A stretch of DNA of 32,000 nt from Faecalibaculum rodentium (GCF_001564455.1 NZ_CP011391.1:1410001-1442000), one strand, 5' to 3'; counted from the stretch's first letter, positions 1-8,120 are shown. Notes: generated by a model not told the origin, from the sequence alone. Program-made: numbers and translations.

Positions 1-414
1 AAGGCCGGGACTGATTTCAGGATGTGTGCCGTCTGCCGCTGTCTGATAGCCCGATTCTCCTGAACCCGGCTGGCTGTCGTGTTCCCCGACACCCTGGGTT
101 TCCGCTGTCTCTTCGGCTGCTGCCACCGGTTCCGGCAGTTCCCGTTCCCCGCCTGAACCGATGCCTGCATCCTGATCCATATCTGTTTCGGTCTCCGGTC
201 CTGCACCTGGATTCAGGTCTTCTTTCTGCGAAGATCCATCCGGTTTTGAATTTTCCGGGATTCTGCTGTCACTGGCCTCCATCTGTCGCAAAAGTCCTTC
301 CGGCGTCCTGATCCAGACCCGGCGGGATGGCTGTGTCAGGATCCCGGGATCCTTCATGGTGCAGATCTCGCAGATCGTGCCGGCATCTACCGGCGGCTGT
401 ATATGTTCAGTCAT
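1..414 (-). CDS. hypothetical acidic protein, N-terminal part only (gene runs off the left edge); CxxC near N-terminus
   Basis: Absent from the ORF track because no stop lies in the window. Hand translation of the reverse strand from ATG 414..412 gives 138 stop-free codons down to position 1: MTEHIQPPVDAGTICEICTMKDPGILTQPSRRVWIRTPEGLLRQMEASDS..., followed by a D/E/G/P-rich tail. The ATG lies inside the end of the upstream gene (ATGACTGA, 8-nt overlap). Confidence 0.45.
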   Translation of the reverse strand, partial: MTEHIQPPVDAGTICEICTMKDPGILTQPSRRVWIRTPEGLLRQMEASDSRIPENSKPDGSSQKEDLNPGAGPETETDMDQDAGIGSGGERELPEPVAAAEETAETQGVGEHDSQPGSGESGYQTAADGTHPEISPGL

Positions 415-1393
415 TCACTGTCTCCTTCCATTCCATCAGCTGTGACACATCAGACCCGAACCGGTCTTTCCACTCCGCCGGCAGGGTCATGTCACAGCCT
501 TCTGTCTTCATTCGCAGAGCGTATGCCGCAACACACAGCGCATCCTGCTCTGTCCGGACTTTCCGGCACACCTGTTCCAGCACCCCTGCCTCCAGCGGTT
601 CGTCCAGGTCCTGCAGAACCTGCAGTCGTTCACTTAGCGGACGGCTGTCATCCAGGAGCACCTGACGGACGAGATCCGTTTCGTGCATCTGAGACCCGGG
701 CAGCTGCAGAACCGGAACACAAAGTCCGGCCGCGAAGACAGACACTGTGATCATCCAGATCAGAACACTGCCCGGGATCTTTCCAGAATGCAGGGGATCC
801 CTCCGTCGCCCTGGGTCCAGTTGCAGGCACCGGCGTCGCTGCAGGGGATACAGATGCCAGCGTCTGGCCAGCATCCCCCAGGCCCAGGCATCCGCTGCCG
901 TGGTTTTCGGACAGTCACCGGCCAGTTCCGGTGCCATGCTGTCCAGTGTGGCGAAAAAGCACTGACGGCTGCCGGCCTCCAGCACGCCGTCATAATCAAT
1001 GAGCACCACCCTGTCATCGCACAGAAACAGGTGGTCTTCCTTCAGGTCGAGATAGAGGTAGCCCAGCTGATGGATCCTTTCCAGAATGCGGGCCGCTTCC
1101 TGTAGGACCCGCCGTTTCTGCGCCCTGCTCAGCCCGCCGGCGGGTGTTCCCTGGATGTATTCCTCCACCAGGACACGCTCCGTCTCCGTTTCCCGGCACT
1201 CATACAGGCACGGTGCATTCCTGCCCTTGAGCTTCAGTAGCAGATCCGCCTCCCTGGCAGACTGACGGCAGGCCAGGATATCGCTTTTTCGGGCCCGCCG
1301 CAGGATGACAAGCCTGCCGGTCTCTTCATCCCGTGCAAGTTCCGTGCAGCACAGATTGCATCCAAGGACTTTCAGACGCCTGTAGCGGTTCAC
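407..1393 (-). CDS. membrane-anchored Ser/Thr-kinase-like protein with degenerate catalytic motifs (possible pseudokinase)
   Basis: ORF track, 328 aa, GTG start overlapping the FHA gene stop (GTGA). Kinase-like landmarks read by eye: LVILRR (VAIK-like, Lys->Arg), YLYLDLKEDHLF (HRDLKxxN-like), LIDYDG (DFG-like), SMAPE (APE). One hydrophobic helix, VLIWMITVSVFAAGLCVPVLQL, followed by about 95 aa. Confidence 0.7.
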   Translation of the reverse strand: MNRYRRLKVLGCNLCCTELARDEETGRLVILRRARKSDILACRQSAREADLLLKLKGRNAPCLYECRETETERVLVEEYIQGTPAGGLSRAQKRRVLQEAARILERIHQLGYLYLDLKEDHLFLCDDRVVLIDYDGVLEAGSRQCFFATLDSMAPELAGDCPKTTAADAWAWGMLARRWHLYPLQRRRCLQLDPGRRRDPLHSGKIPGSVLIWMITVSVFAAGLCVPVLQLPGSQMHETDLVRQVLLDDSRPLSERLQVLQDLDEPLEAGVLEQVCRKVRTEQDALCVAAYALRMKTEGCDMTLPAEWKDRFGSDVSQLMEWKETVND

Positions 1394-2415
1394 TGTATGA
1401 ACTGCAGGATATGCGCCCCCAGCCGGAGTTCCATGCCATTGCGGAGCCGCATTTTTCGCCTCACCTGTTTCTCCCCGAGCCAGGTCCCGTTTGCGGATCT
1501 CAGGTCCTGGATATAGAACCGTCCCTGATCCGCTGTGATCCTGGCATGCAGCGCAGATACGCTGTCATCCAGGACCCGGATGTCGGCCTGCATCCCCCGG
1601 CCCACGGTCATGGTTTCAAACGGCAGTTCATACCGGCTGTCGCCATCCACCAGACAGGCGGCAGCTTCCGGCACCGGCGCCAGGATCTGGGTGGCCTGTG
1701 TGAATGCCGGATTTCCGCCGCTTTCTGCCCACCTGTCACCCGGGTCCGGCTTCTCAGATCCAGGGATCGGCAGTGGCGGCATCAGTGCATCGTATTCGAT
1801 CACCGGCAGGATCACCTCTTCACGTGTCCGGAAGGGTTCTCTCGGCTTCGGGGGCAGAAAGGGAAACCGGCGGGGATGGTAGGTCCGTTCCAGTTCCCGC
1901 AGTCCCTGGATCACTGTCGGCAAAGAGAACTGGTCACTGCTCTGTGCCATCTGGAGCCAGCCGGGAATTTCGTAATCCGTCGATGTCCGAAAGGCCGAGC
2001 GGACAGCTTCCACGAAGTCCCGCATCTCTTCCCGCTGCAGCAGCCAGGCATCGGTTTTCAGTGGCAGGACAGCAAAGCGGAACTGGTCTCCGTACCTGGA
2101 ACAGAACACCGTACGGATATCCAGGTGCAGCGGCTTGCCCCTGGCCGTTCGAATCGAGGATTCAAAGAGTTCCTCCAGGAATCCGTAACCCTCCCGCTGC
2201 ACAAAGGTGTATTCCTGCAGAAAGGCATGGATGTCCATGAGTCCCGAAATGTCATACTCCAGAACCACCGGATTCCTGCAGACCACCCGGCACTTCAGAC
2301 ACCCCGGATCGAACGCCGCCTGCTCCAGCAGTGTTTCATCAAACATTTCCTGTTCATTGACCTGGATCCGCAGCACCGAAGCGCTGCGTCCTGTCACCGT
2401 TACATGGTCTTTCAT
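1390..2415 (-). CDS. FHA domain-containing protein (unrecognised N-terminal domain, Pro-rich linker, C-terminal FHA)
   Basis: The C-terminus ...YELPFETMTVGRGMQADIRVLDDSVSALHARITADQGRFYIQDLRSANGTWLGEKQVRRKMRLRNGMELRLG is a typical FHA signature (G-R...S..H...N.GT..NG). The track ORF (1390..2961) is over-extended. I place the start at ATG 2415 (MKDHVTVTG...), preceded by GGAGG (aaaggaggtccgATG). The region upstream of that is antisense to a hydrophobic plus-strand ORF. Confidence 0.8.
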   Translation of the reverse strand: MKDHVTVTGRSASVLRIQVNEQEMFDETLLEQAAFDPGCLKCRVVCRNPVVLEYDISGLMDIHAFLQEYTFVQREGYGFLEELFESSIRTARGKPLHLDIRTVFCSRYGDQFRFAVLPLKTDAWLLQREEMRDFVEAVRSAFRTSTDYEIPGWLQMAQSSDQFSLPTVIQGLRELERTYHPRRFPFLPPKPREPFRTREEVILPVIEYDALMPPLPIPGSEKPDPGDRWAESGGNPAFTQATQILAPVPEAAACLVDGDSRYELPFETMTVGRGMQADIRVLDDSVSALHARITADQGRFYIQDLRSANGTWLGEKQVRRKMRLRNGMELRLGAHILQFIQ

Positions 2416-2505
2416 CGGACCTCCTTTCCATGGGGCGTACTTGTATATACGCGGATTGGACTGATTTTTGATGAAATCCGACGAAAATCTGTATACTTTT
2501 AAGAT

Positions 2506-2976
2506 GTGTGTAAGATTTTTGTTCTGACTTTGTTGTGGCTGCCGGTTTTTTTCACAAACCCTGTCTCCCAAAACATCACGGCTCTCCAGCAGCACTGCCT
2601 GTGGCTGTACATTCTCTGGGGTCTGCTGGTTCTCACACTGCTTGTCCGCAGGTACAGACCCGGTCCCTGGCTGGTATGTCTGGCGGCGGGATTCGTGATT
2701 CCCTGGAATGCGGCCGGTCCGGGATGGCTCAATGACCTGCATATCTGGCTCCAGATTGCCGCCATCATCCTGCTGTCTGTCGAACAGCTTCGGCTTGTGT
2801 TGTATGTTCACAACAAAAAAGCCAGGACCTGGTTCCTGGTCCTGGGCATCAGTTTTGTCATCATGGCTGCCTGTGGGCATGTCAGCGGACTGGCCGAAAT
2901 GGTCTGGGCTTCCGGGATCCTGCTCCTGGTTCCAGCCCGACCCGATTTGAATTCTCCTCATGATTCCAGTTACTGA
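2506..2976 (+). CDS. hypothetical small integral membrane protein (about 4 TM helices)
   Basis: ORF track, 156 aa with a GTG start. It has several long hydrophobic stretches (IFVLTLLWLPVFF, LWLYILWGLLVLTLLV, WLVCLAAGFVIPW, IAAIILLSV, WFLVLGISFVIMAA, ASGILLLV). It is divergent from the FHA operon and followed by a weak hairpin plus T-run. No clear SD, so the start is uncertain. Confidence 0.45.
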   Translation: MCKIFVLTLLWLPVFFTNPVSQNITALQQHCLWLYILWGLLVLTLLVRRYRPGPWLVCLAAGFVIPWNAAGPGWLNDLHIWLQIAAIILLSVEQLRLVLYVHNKKARTWFLVLGISFVIMAACGHVSGLAEMVWASGILLLVPARPDLNSPHDSSY

Positions 2977-2999
2977 CCCGGTGCCAGGCCGGGCTTTTT
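2977..2999 (+). terminator. weak intrinsic terminator candidate
   Basis: CCCGG tgccagg CCGGG, then c + TTTTT, starting directly after the stop of the 2506..2976 ORF. The stem is only 5 bp. Confidence 0.4.
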
Positions 3000-3154
3000 G
3001 TTACCGTTTTGTCGCAGTCTGCCAGTCTGCCGATGGCAGCCGTACCTGTCGTCCATGACGCGAAACCCGGTAATTCAGGCATTCCGGAGTTTTTTATCAA
3101 AAACAGCGCCCTCTGGCGACTATACAAACATGGGGCGCTGGACAGGAGAACAGA

Positions 3155-3889
3155 ATGAAAGGAAAGACAGACCGGAAAACAAAGACAGATCCGCAATCTG
3201 CCAGTCTGAAAAAACCGGAATATTCATCCCTGGAAGAAACGCTGGAACCTGCACTGGATGAGCTGTGTCTGATGGATGACGTCTACCGGAAAGCAGCCGC
3301 GATCCGGCTGCCGGAGGACAAAAAGAAAGCATTCAGCATACTTCTGCACGAAGCCATATTTGGCCAGACCCTGAAACCCGACAAGATCACGGTGTCATTT
3401 CAGACACCCATCCCAAACCATGCCGATCTGATGACGGGCAAAAACTCCATCCTGGATATGCTCATACAGGTGGAAGGAGAAAGTGTCAGTGTTTATGACT
3501 TTATCCAGTACGACATTGAACCCGGACGTGTACTCCGTTATTCTGAAATCGCATCACAGTTTGCGGTGCGAGCGGGCAAACCCTGCAATGACAGGTTGCA
3601 GACCAACTGTGTGTTCATCACAAATGCAAACCACTTCAAAGGAACCCGACTTAAGATTTTTCCGCACGATGAACCGATCCGGATCATGGAAACGGTGACA
3701 GGCGATAAAACGACATGCTTTCGCTTTGATATTCACCAGGTATTTGTAAACGCCGGATTTCGGGATGACTCATTTCCGGGTCATCTCATGCAGGATCTCA
3801 ACGAACCGGATCCCGAAAACATCACCATACCTCTGCTGCAGGATATGGTGAAGACCATAAAACGAAAGAAAGGAGCAGAAGCTATATGA
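3155..3889 (+). CDS. Rpn/PD-(D/E)XK-nuclease-family putative transposase, N-terminal (nuclease-like) portion
   Basis: ORF track, 244 aa, SD AGGAG 7 nt upstream. The layout matches the family I know from gut Firmicutes: LMDDVYRK..., ...NSILDMLIQVEGESVSVYDFIQYD..., ...VFITNANHF..., ...GHLMQDLNEPDPENI.... It ends in ...KKGAEAI, exactly where homologues continue into the helical C-terminal region. Confidence 0.65.
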   Translation: MKGKTDRKTKTDPQSASLKKPEYSSLEETLEPALDELCLMDDVYRKAAAIRLPEDKKKAFSILLHEAIFGQTLKPDKITVSFQTPIPNHADLMTGKNSILDMLIQVEGESVSVYDFIQYDIEPGRVLRYSEIASQFAVRAGKPCNDRLQTNCVFITNANHFKGTRLKIFPHDEPIRIMETVTGDKTTCFRFDIHQVFVNAGFRDDSFPGHLMQDLNEPDPENITIPLLQDMVKTIKRKKGAEAI

Positions 3890-4143
3890 GCAGAGTACTG
3901 CAGGAAATGCTGGAAACCCGGGAACAGTCTGCCTTTTCTGCCGGGATACAGAAAGGAATACAGAAAGGCATGCAGACCGGAATATATGCCGAACGAAACC
4001 GGATCGTCACCAGAATGCTGAAAAAGGGAGGCAGCAGTCTGTGCAACATCGCTGAACTTGCCTCCATTCCCCTCAGCGTAGTCATACTGATCAAAGACTG
4101 CCTGGAACAGGCACAGGACGCCGGAGAAACCGTTCTGAACTGA
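3886..4143 (+). CDS. C-terminal portion of the same Rpn-like family (QKGIQKG repeat plus helix-turn-helix-like tail), encoded as a separate overlapping ORF
   Basis: 85 aa: MSRVLQEMLETREQSAFSAGIQKGIQKGMQTGIYAERNRIVTRMLKKGGSSLCNIAELASIPLSVV.... The E/QKGxxKG repeats followed by an 'ML..G.S...IAE...' segment are typical of the C-terminus of single-chain Rpn-like proteins. ATG 3886 overlaps the upstream TGA (ATATGA). GGAG lies at 3872..3875, 10 nt upstream. Confidence 0.6.
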   Translation: MSRVLQEMLETREQSAFSAGIQKGIQKGMQTGIYAERNRIVTRMLKKGGSSLCNIAELASIPLSVVILIKDCLEQAQDAGETVLN

Positions 4144-4168
4144 ATATCGAAAGCCATCAGATACAAAA

Positions 4169-4201
4169 CCCACCCGATATCAGATTGACTGGGTGGTTTT
4201 T
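4169..4201 (+). terminator. intrinsic terminator candidate
   Basis: cCCACCC (4169..4175), a 15-nt loop, GGGTGG (4191..4196), then TTTTT. Confidence 0.55.
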
Positions 4202-4326
4202 CAGTTCATTTAAACAAACAGACATCCCCTGCTCTGTGGCAGTCATGAAAAGAGGAGAACAGCATCCAGCCATGTTCTACTTCACTTTTCTGTCCTGTTC
4301 GATCTGGCGACACTATATTTCCATGA

Positions 4327-5622
4327 TTATTTCACCATCGAATCCTGTGTACGCCAGTCCGGACTCAGCAGCCGCCGCACAATGCCGACATGACCAGCCA
4401 TTTCCCGCAGGATAGCTGCCCGTACCAGGCCGGCCACAGCGATTGCCACGCCAACAACGGTCATCACACTGCACAGCTGCAGCAGGACCGGCAGTCCCAG
4501 CGTATCCTGCAGGATCCCCCCAAAGAGGTTGCCTGCCATACCACCCAGTCCTGTTGTGGCAATGGCGATCCAGCTCTGTCCCGTCAGTCTGTCCCCGGGC
4601 TCCAGGACCGATCCCGCATATTCGGTGATCACCACCGTAAACAGCCCGAAACTGATTCCCTGGCACATTAGTCCGGTCAGCAGCATGGCGAAGGATGTAG
4701 CCTGGGCCACCAGCAGATTCCGGCATCCGTAGCAAAGCGCTGCAGCCAGAAGCAGCGGCAGGGATCCCATTCGCTGCCTGATCCGCGGGGTAAGCACCAT
4801 CACCGGCAGTTCGCTGGCGGCCATCAGAAACAGGCTGATGCCCAGCAGTGACGGGTCCAGGTGCATGTCCTCCAGAATATTCACCAGATAGGTCTGCATG
4901 CAGCTGGCCACCATGTAACACAGGCCAAACCCCGCCAGCAGCACAAAGAACAGCGGGTATTTCCCGAACAGGCAGCCCTGTCTTTTCCCAGTGACCTGTG
5001 CAGAGAGTTCCGAGTCCGCTTCAGCTGCCTGACGACAATCGTCACCGGCTGCATACACCTGCGGCATCCACAGCAGGACCACACTCAGGCAGGCAGTTCC
5101 CGCTGCATAAATCCAGCCCAGGCAGCCGGGCTCCAGCCACGAAGAAAGCTGTGCAAGGATCATAGCCGCAGCCGCAAAGGAGATGGATCCCACTCCTCTT
5201 GCCGGCCCGAACTTCAGCCGCAGTCCCTGTGCAATGCAGTTCATGGAAATCTGCGAGAGAAACGGATTCATGGCCAGAAACAGGCAGAATGTCATCCCGT
5301 ATCCCGCCATGATCAGCCAGTCCGGCAGAGGCAGAAGAGCCAGCAGTGCATAGAGCAGACCGCTGAGTCCCAGATACATCATCATATATACCTGCAGCGA
5401 GATCCCGTTCCACCTGGCAGCCACTTTTGACAGCAGTGGTGACACAAAGTACGAAGCCAGAGAGGCAAGTCCGGCCGTCAGACCGATTTCCGTGTTGCCC
5501 AGTCCCCTGCTCTGCAGGAACACCGCTGTGAATCCCGTCAGGGCACACCCTGCGCCTCAGTACAGTCCCTGTGCCAGGCTGTACTGCACCTGCAGCCTGG
5601 AATCTGTTTTCTCCTGTCTCAT
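4327..5622 (-). pseudogene. MFS transporter interrupted by an in-frame TGA at codon 22
   Basis: The track ORF 4327..5523 (398 aa, GVGSISFAAAAMIL..., 10 or more hydrophobic helices) lacks the first TM helix and starts at GTG. In the same frame upstream: SD (ggatGGAGaaacg), ATG 5622, then MRQEKTDSRLQVQYSLAQGLY-TGA(5559..5557)-GAGCALTGFTAVFLQSRGLGNTEIG. The stop falls inside what reads as TM1. Confidence 0.75.
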
Positions 5623-5853
5623 CGTTTCTCCATCCCTTTCCGCAGCCGGTGCCTCCCTTATGGAGATTCGCCGGTTTTCTCTTTACACAGATGATACGAA
5701 ATGGATCCCGGCATGAAACAAAATGCAGGACACTTTGAAACACCATTTACACACTGTTCCCTGCAGACAGCCATTCCAGAGAAACGTCGTTTCATTCACC
5801 GGTTTCCCTGCCTGCCGCAACAGACAGATAACCCGGCAGATGAAAAGAAAAGC

Positions 5854-5916
5854 AAAAAAAGCTGCAGGCAGCCCTGACAGGATCCGCATCCGGAATCATG
5901 TCATGCTGTCTGCAGC
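5854..5916 (-). terminator. intrinsic terminator (long imperfect hairpin plus T7 on the minus strand)
   Basis: On the minus strand, GGCTGCAGACAGC ... GCTGCCTGCAGC is followed by TTTTTTT. It starts 13 nt after the TAA of the 5929..7371 gene. Confidence 0.55.
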
Positions 5917-5928
5917 CAGTCTGTCGAT

Positions 5929-7371
5929 TTATTTGTCTTCGTCCGGATCGTTCTCTCCAGAGCTGCCTTCCGGTTTCGCCGGCAGATCTGCAGGGCCTGT
6001 TTCAGAAGGAGTGCGGGTCCCGTCACCCGCATCCTCAGAAGATGCCTCCGGCTCCTGAACATCCACCGTCACGGTTTCCGACTCTGTTACAGCCGGAAGG
6101 GCCGGCAGAGAAGCCTGCTGCTCCTGTGCCTGATCCATCGCATCCAGTTCCTCGATCTTCTCCAGATAGCCTCTGGCATTGTCCACGAAATACAGCTTGC
6201 CGCCGGTCTGGATCACCTGCCGGAAATACATGGCGGCCAGACCGTAGTCCTGCTGCACAAAGGAAATCAGGCCGATGTAGTACGCCGCATCCGCTTTCTG
6301 GAACGGGAACACCGCTGTCTTCAGACTCTGCAGGAAATACCGCTTGCATTCCGAAAAGTCGCCGTTCATCAGATCCAGACGGTTCTTGATGGAATTCAGT
6401 TCCTCGCTCCGGATCATCACACCCGTGTTGCCGAAATTCAGCCGCACCTTCGTTGCCTCTTCATAGCTTCGCTCCAGGCCCGCCTGGTCCTTCATCAGGT
6501 AATAGATGTAGGACATCAAAGACCAGTATGTGAGCACACTCGCTGCATCCTTGCGCGGGAATGTGATCAGCACATCCTGGGCCAGCTGCGGATCATTCAG
6601 GTAAATCAGGCACTGGGCCAGAAGGGCCTGGTTGGTCAGGCGCACCTTCCCCCGCCGCGTGGAGTAGTAGATGATGGCCGAAATGCATGCTTCCGGATCG
6701 CACTGTTCATAGAGCAGCTTTGTGATCGGAATCATGCAGCTGGCGCGATATCGCGCGATGTAGTTGAAAATGATCATGTACGCCATGATGGCCAGCATCA
6801 TGATCAGGATGTTGTTCACGAAAAACAGCACACACATCACCGCCACAATACCCAACGCATAAATGGAAGCGGCGCGGTCTGCATTTTTCCGGCACTCTTC
6901 CGCCATGGCTTTGTATTGCGGATCCAGTTTGTGATGCAGCTCATAGATGCGCACCAGCTCCGCATCTCCGGTGATCTTTGCCCGGCGGAATGCGGAATCC
7001 CGTCCCGTTTTCAGCTGTATGAGACCCACGATACTCAGGATCACCATGGGGATCACCAGCGCTGTCCCGATCAGGATCAGGTACGAGGGCATCAGGAACA
7101 GAAACAGATAGATGAATATCGGAGAGACCTGGAACTGTGTCATGAGCAGCTGTCCGATCAGGATGATATTGGCAATGCCTGCGACCACCAGCCCCCCCGA
7201 TACACACATTGCGATCTTGTTTCCCACCGCATACGCCGCCAGTTCCGGCGGAAGAAACGACAGAGACGCATTGGACGGATCGGCATACAGCAGGAATCCG
7301 AAGGCAACGGCACCACACACAAAGGCAAGCGCCAGTGTAATCAGCTGCGTCTTGCAGCGATATTTCCACAT
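5929..7371 (-). CDS. hypothetical polytopic membrane protein with a C-terminal TPR-like helical region and acidic tail
   Basis: The track ORF 5929..7536 is over-extended into cysE. I start it at ATG 7371 (MWKYRCKTQLITLALAFVCGAVAFGF...), 7 nt after the cysE stop. The first ~250 aa carry about 6 hydrophobic helices. These are followed by helical-repeat-looking sequence (ALLAQCLIYLNDPQLAQDVL, YWSLMSYIYYLMKDQAGLERSYEEA, AAYYIGLISFVQQDYGLAAMYFRQVI) and a D/E/P/S tail. Confidence 0.7.
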   Translation of the reverse strand: MWKYRCKTQLITLALAFVCGAVAFGFLLYADPSNASLSFLPPELAAYAVGNKIAMCVSGGLVVAGIANIILIGQLLMTQFQVSPIFIYLFLFLMPSYLILIGTALVIPMVILSIVGLIQLKTGRDSAFRRAKITGDAELVRIYELHHKLDPQYKAMAEECRKNADRAASIYALGIVAVMCVLFFVNNILIMMLAIMAYMIIFNYIARYRASCMIPITKLLYEQCDPEACISAIIYYSTRRGKVRLTNQALLAQCLIYLNDPQLAQDVLITFPRKDAASVLTYWSLMSYIYYLMKDQAGLERSYEEATKVRLNFGNTGVMIRSEELNSIKNRLDLMNGDFSECKRYFLQSLKTAVFPFQKADAAYYIGLISFVQQDYGLAAMYFRQVIQTGGKLYFVDNARGYLEKIEELDAMDQAQEQQASLPALPAVTESETVTVDVQEPEASSEDAGDGTRTPSETGPADLPAKPEGSSGENDPDEDK

Positions 7372-7378
7372 ACCCGGT

Positions 7379-7918
7379 TCATTCCCCTTTCTGCTTCGTG
7401 ATGATCCGTGCAGGCATGCCCACAGCCGTCGCATGATCGGGCACATCCTGCAGCACCACTGCATTGGCACCCACCTTGCTGGATTCTCCCAGCGTGATGT
7501 TCCCCAGGACCTTCGCCCCGGACCCCACATAGGCACCCTTTTTCAGCGTCGGATGCCGCTTGATGTCCGTGGTCCCCACACCGCCAAGCGTTACCCCGTG
7601 ATACAGCTGACAGTCATCCTCCACGATCGCAGTCTCCCCGATCACGACCCCCATTCCGTGGTCGATCACAAGTCCCCTGCCGATCGTGGCACCAGGATGG
7701 ATCTCGATGCCGGTCTTCCGGCGCGCCCGGTTGCTGACCCACCTTGCGAGAAACCGGTGATCGTTTTTCCACAGCCGGTTCGCAATTCTGTAAGAGCGCA
7801 GCGCCTTGATATGCGGATATAAAAGCAGGACCTCCCAGGGCGATTTCGCCGCCGGGTCCAGGTCCATCGTTCGCTTTACGTTATACGTTTCAGCGTCAAT
7901 GAATTCTCGGATTGACAT
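7379..7918 (-). CDS. cysE: serine O-acetyltransferase
   Basis: 179 aa: ...DPAAKSPWEVLLLYPHIKALRSYRIANRLW...GIEIHPGATIGRGLVIDHGMGVVIGETAIVEDDCQLYHGVTLGG...KRHPTLKKGAYVGSGAKVLGNITLGESSKVGANAVV. This shows the typical SAT N-terminal helix and left-handed beta-helix hexapeptide repeats. Confidence 0.9.
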   Translation of the reverse strand: MSIREFIDAETYNVKRTMDLDPAAKSPWEVLLLYPHIKALRSYRIANRLWKNDHRFLARWVSNRARRKTGIEIHPGATIGRGLVIDHGMGVVIGETAIVEDDCQLYHGVTLGGVGTTDIKRHPTLKKGAYVGSGAKVLGNITLGESSKVGANAVVLQDVPDHATAVGMPARIITKQKGE

Positions 7919-8120
7919 GAATAAATCTTACGTTTTTTAAAGACCAAACTCAAGACGGAAATCCCGGCTTACGGGCATCACACAACCATCCCACAGTTCG
8001 CCTGTTTTGTTGCACACAATATCTCCAGCTATGTCACATTTTCGCCGAAAGTATAAAGAACAGCCGGATGCCGATGCTGGCAGAGAAGGACTGCCAAATG
8101 AAACTGGCCAAGGCTGGAAC

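Noticed and set aside
2416-2961. The 5' 182 codons of the track's 523-aa FHA ORF
   Set aside because: The composition (Q/D/E/P/G/R-rich, no structure-like pattern) is what is expected from the antisense of a hydrophobic gene. A GGAGG plus ATG at 2415 gives a sensible start. The plus strand here encodes a plausible 4-TM protein.
3155-3200. The shared peptide KTDRKTK(T/S)D at the N-terminus of the Rpn-like protein and in the linker of the surface-protein gene (about 20560..20600), hinting at a duplicated module
   Set aside because: Both regions are K/T/D/R low-complexity. The DNA differs at about a quarter of positions over 27 nt, and the similarity does not extend beyond the 9 residues. It is most likely compositional coincidence.
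5683-5889. A 68-aa minus-strand ORF between the MFS gene and the TPR-membrane gene
   Set aside because: Its start lies inside the terminator hairpin of the upstream gene. It has no SD, is Cys/Phe-rich in an odd way, and occupies what should be the MFS promoter region.
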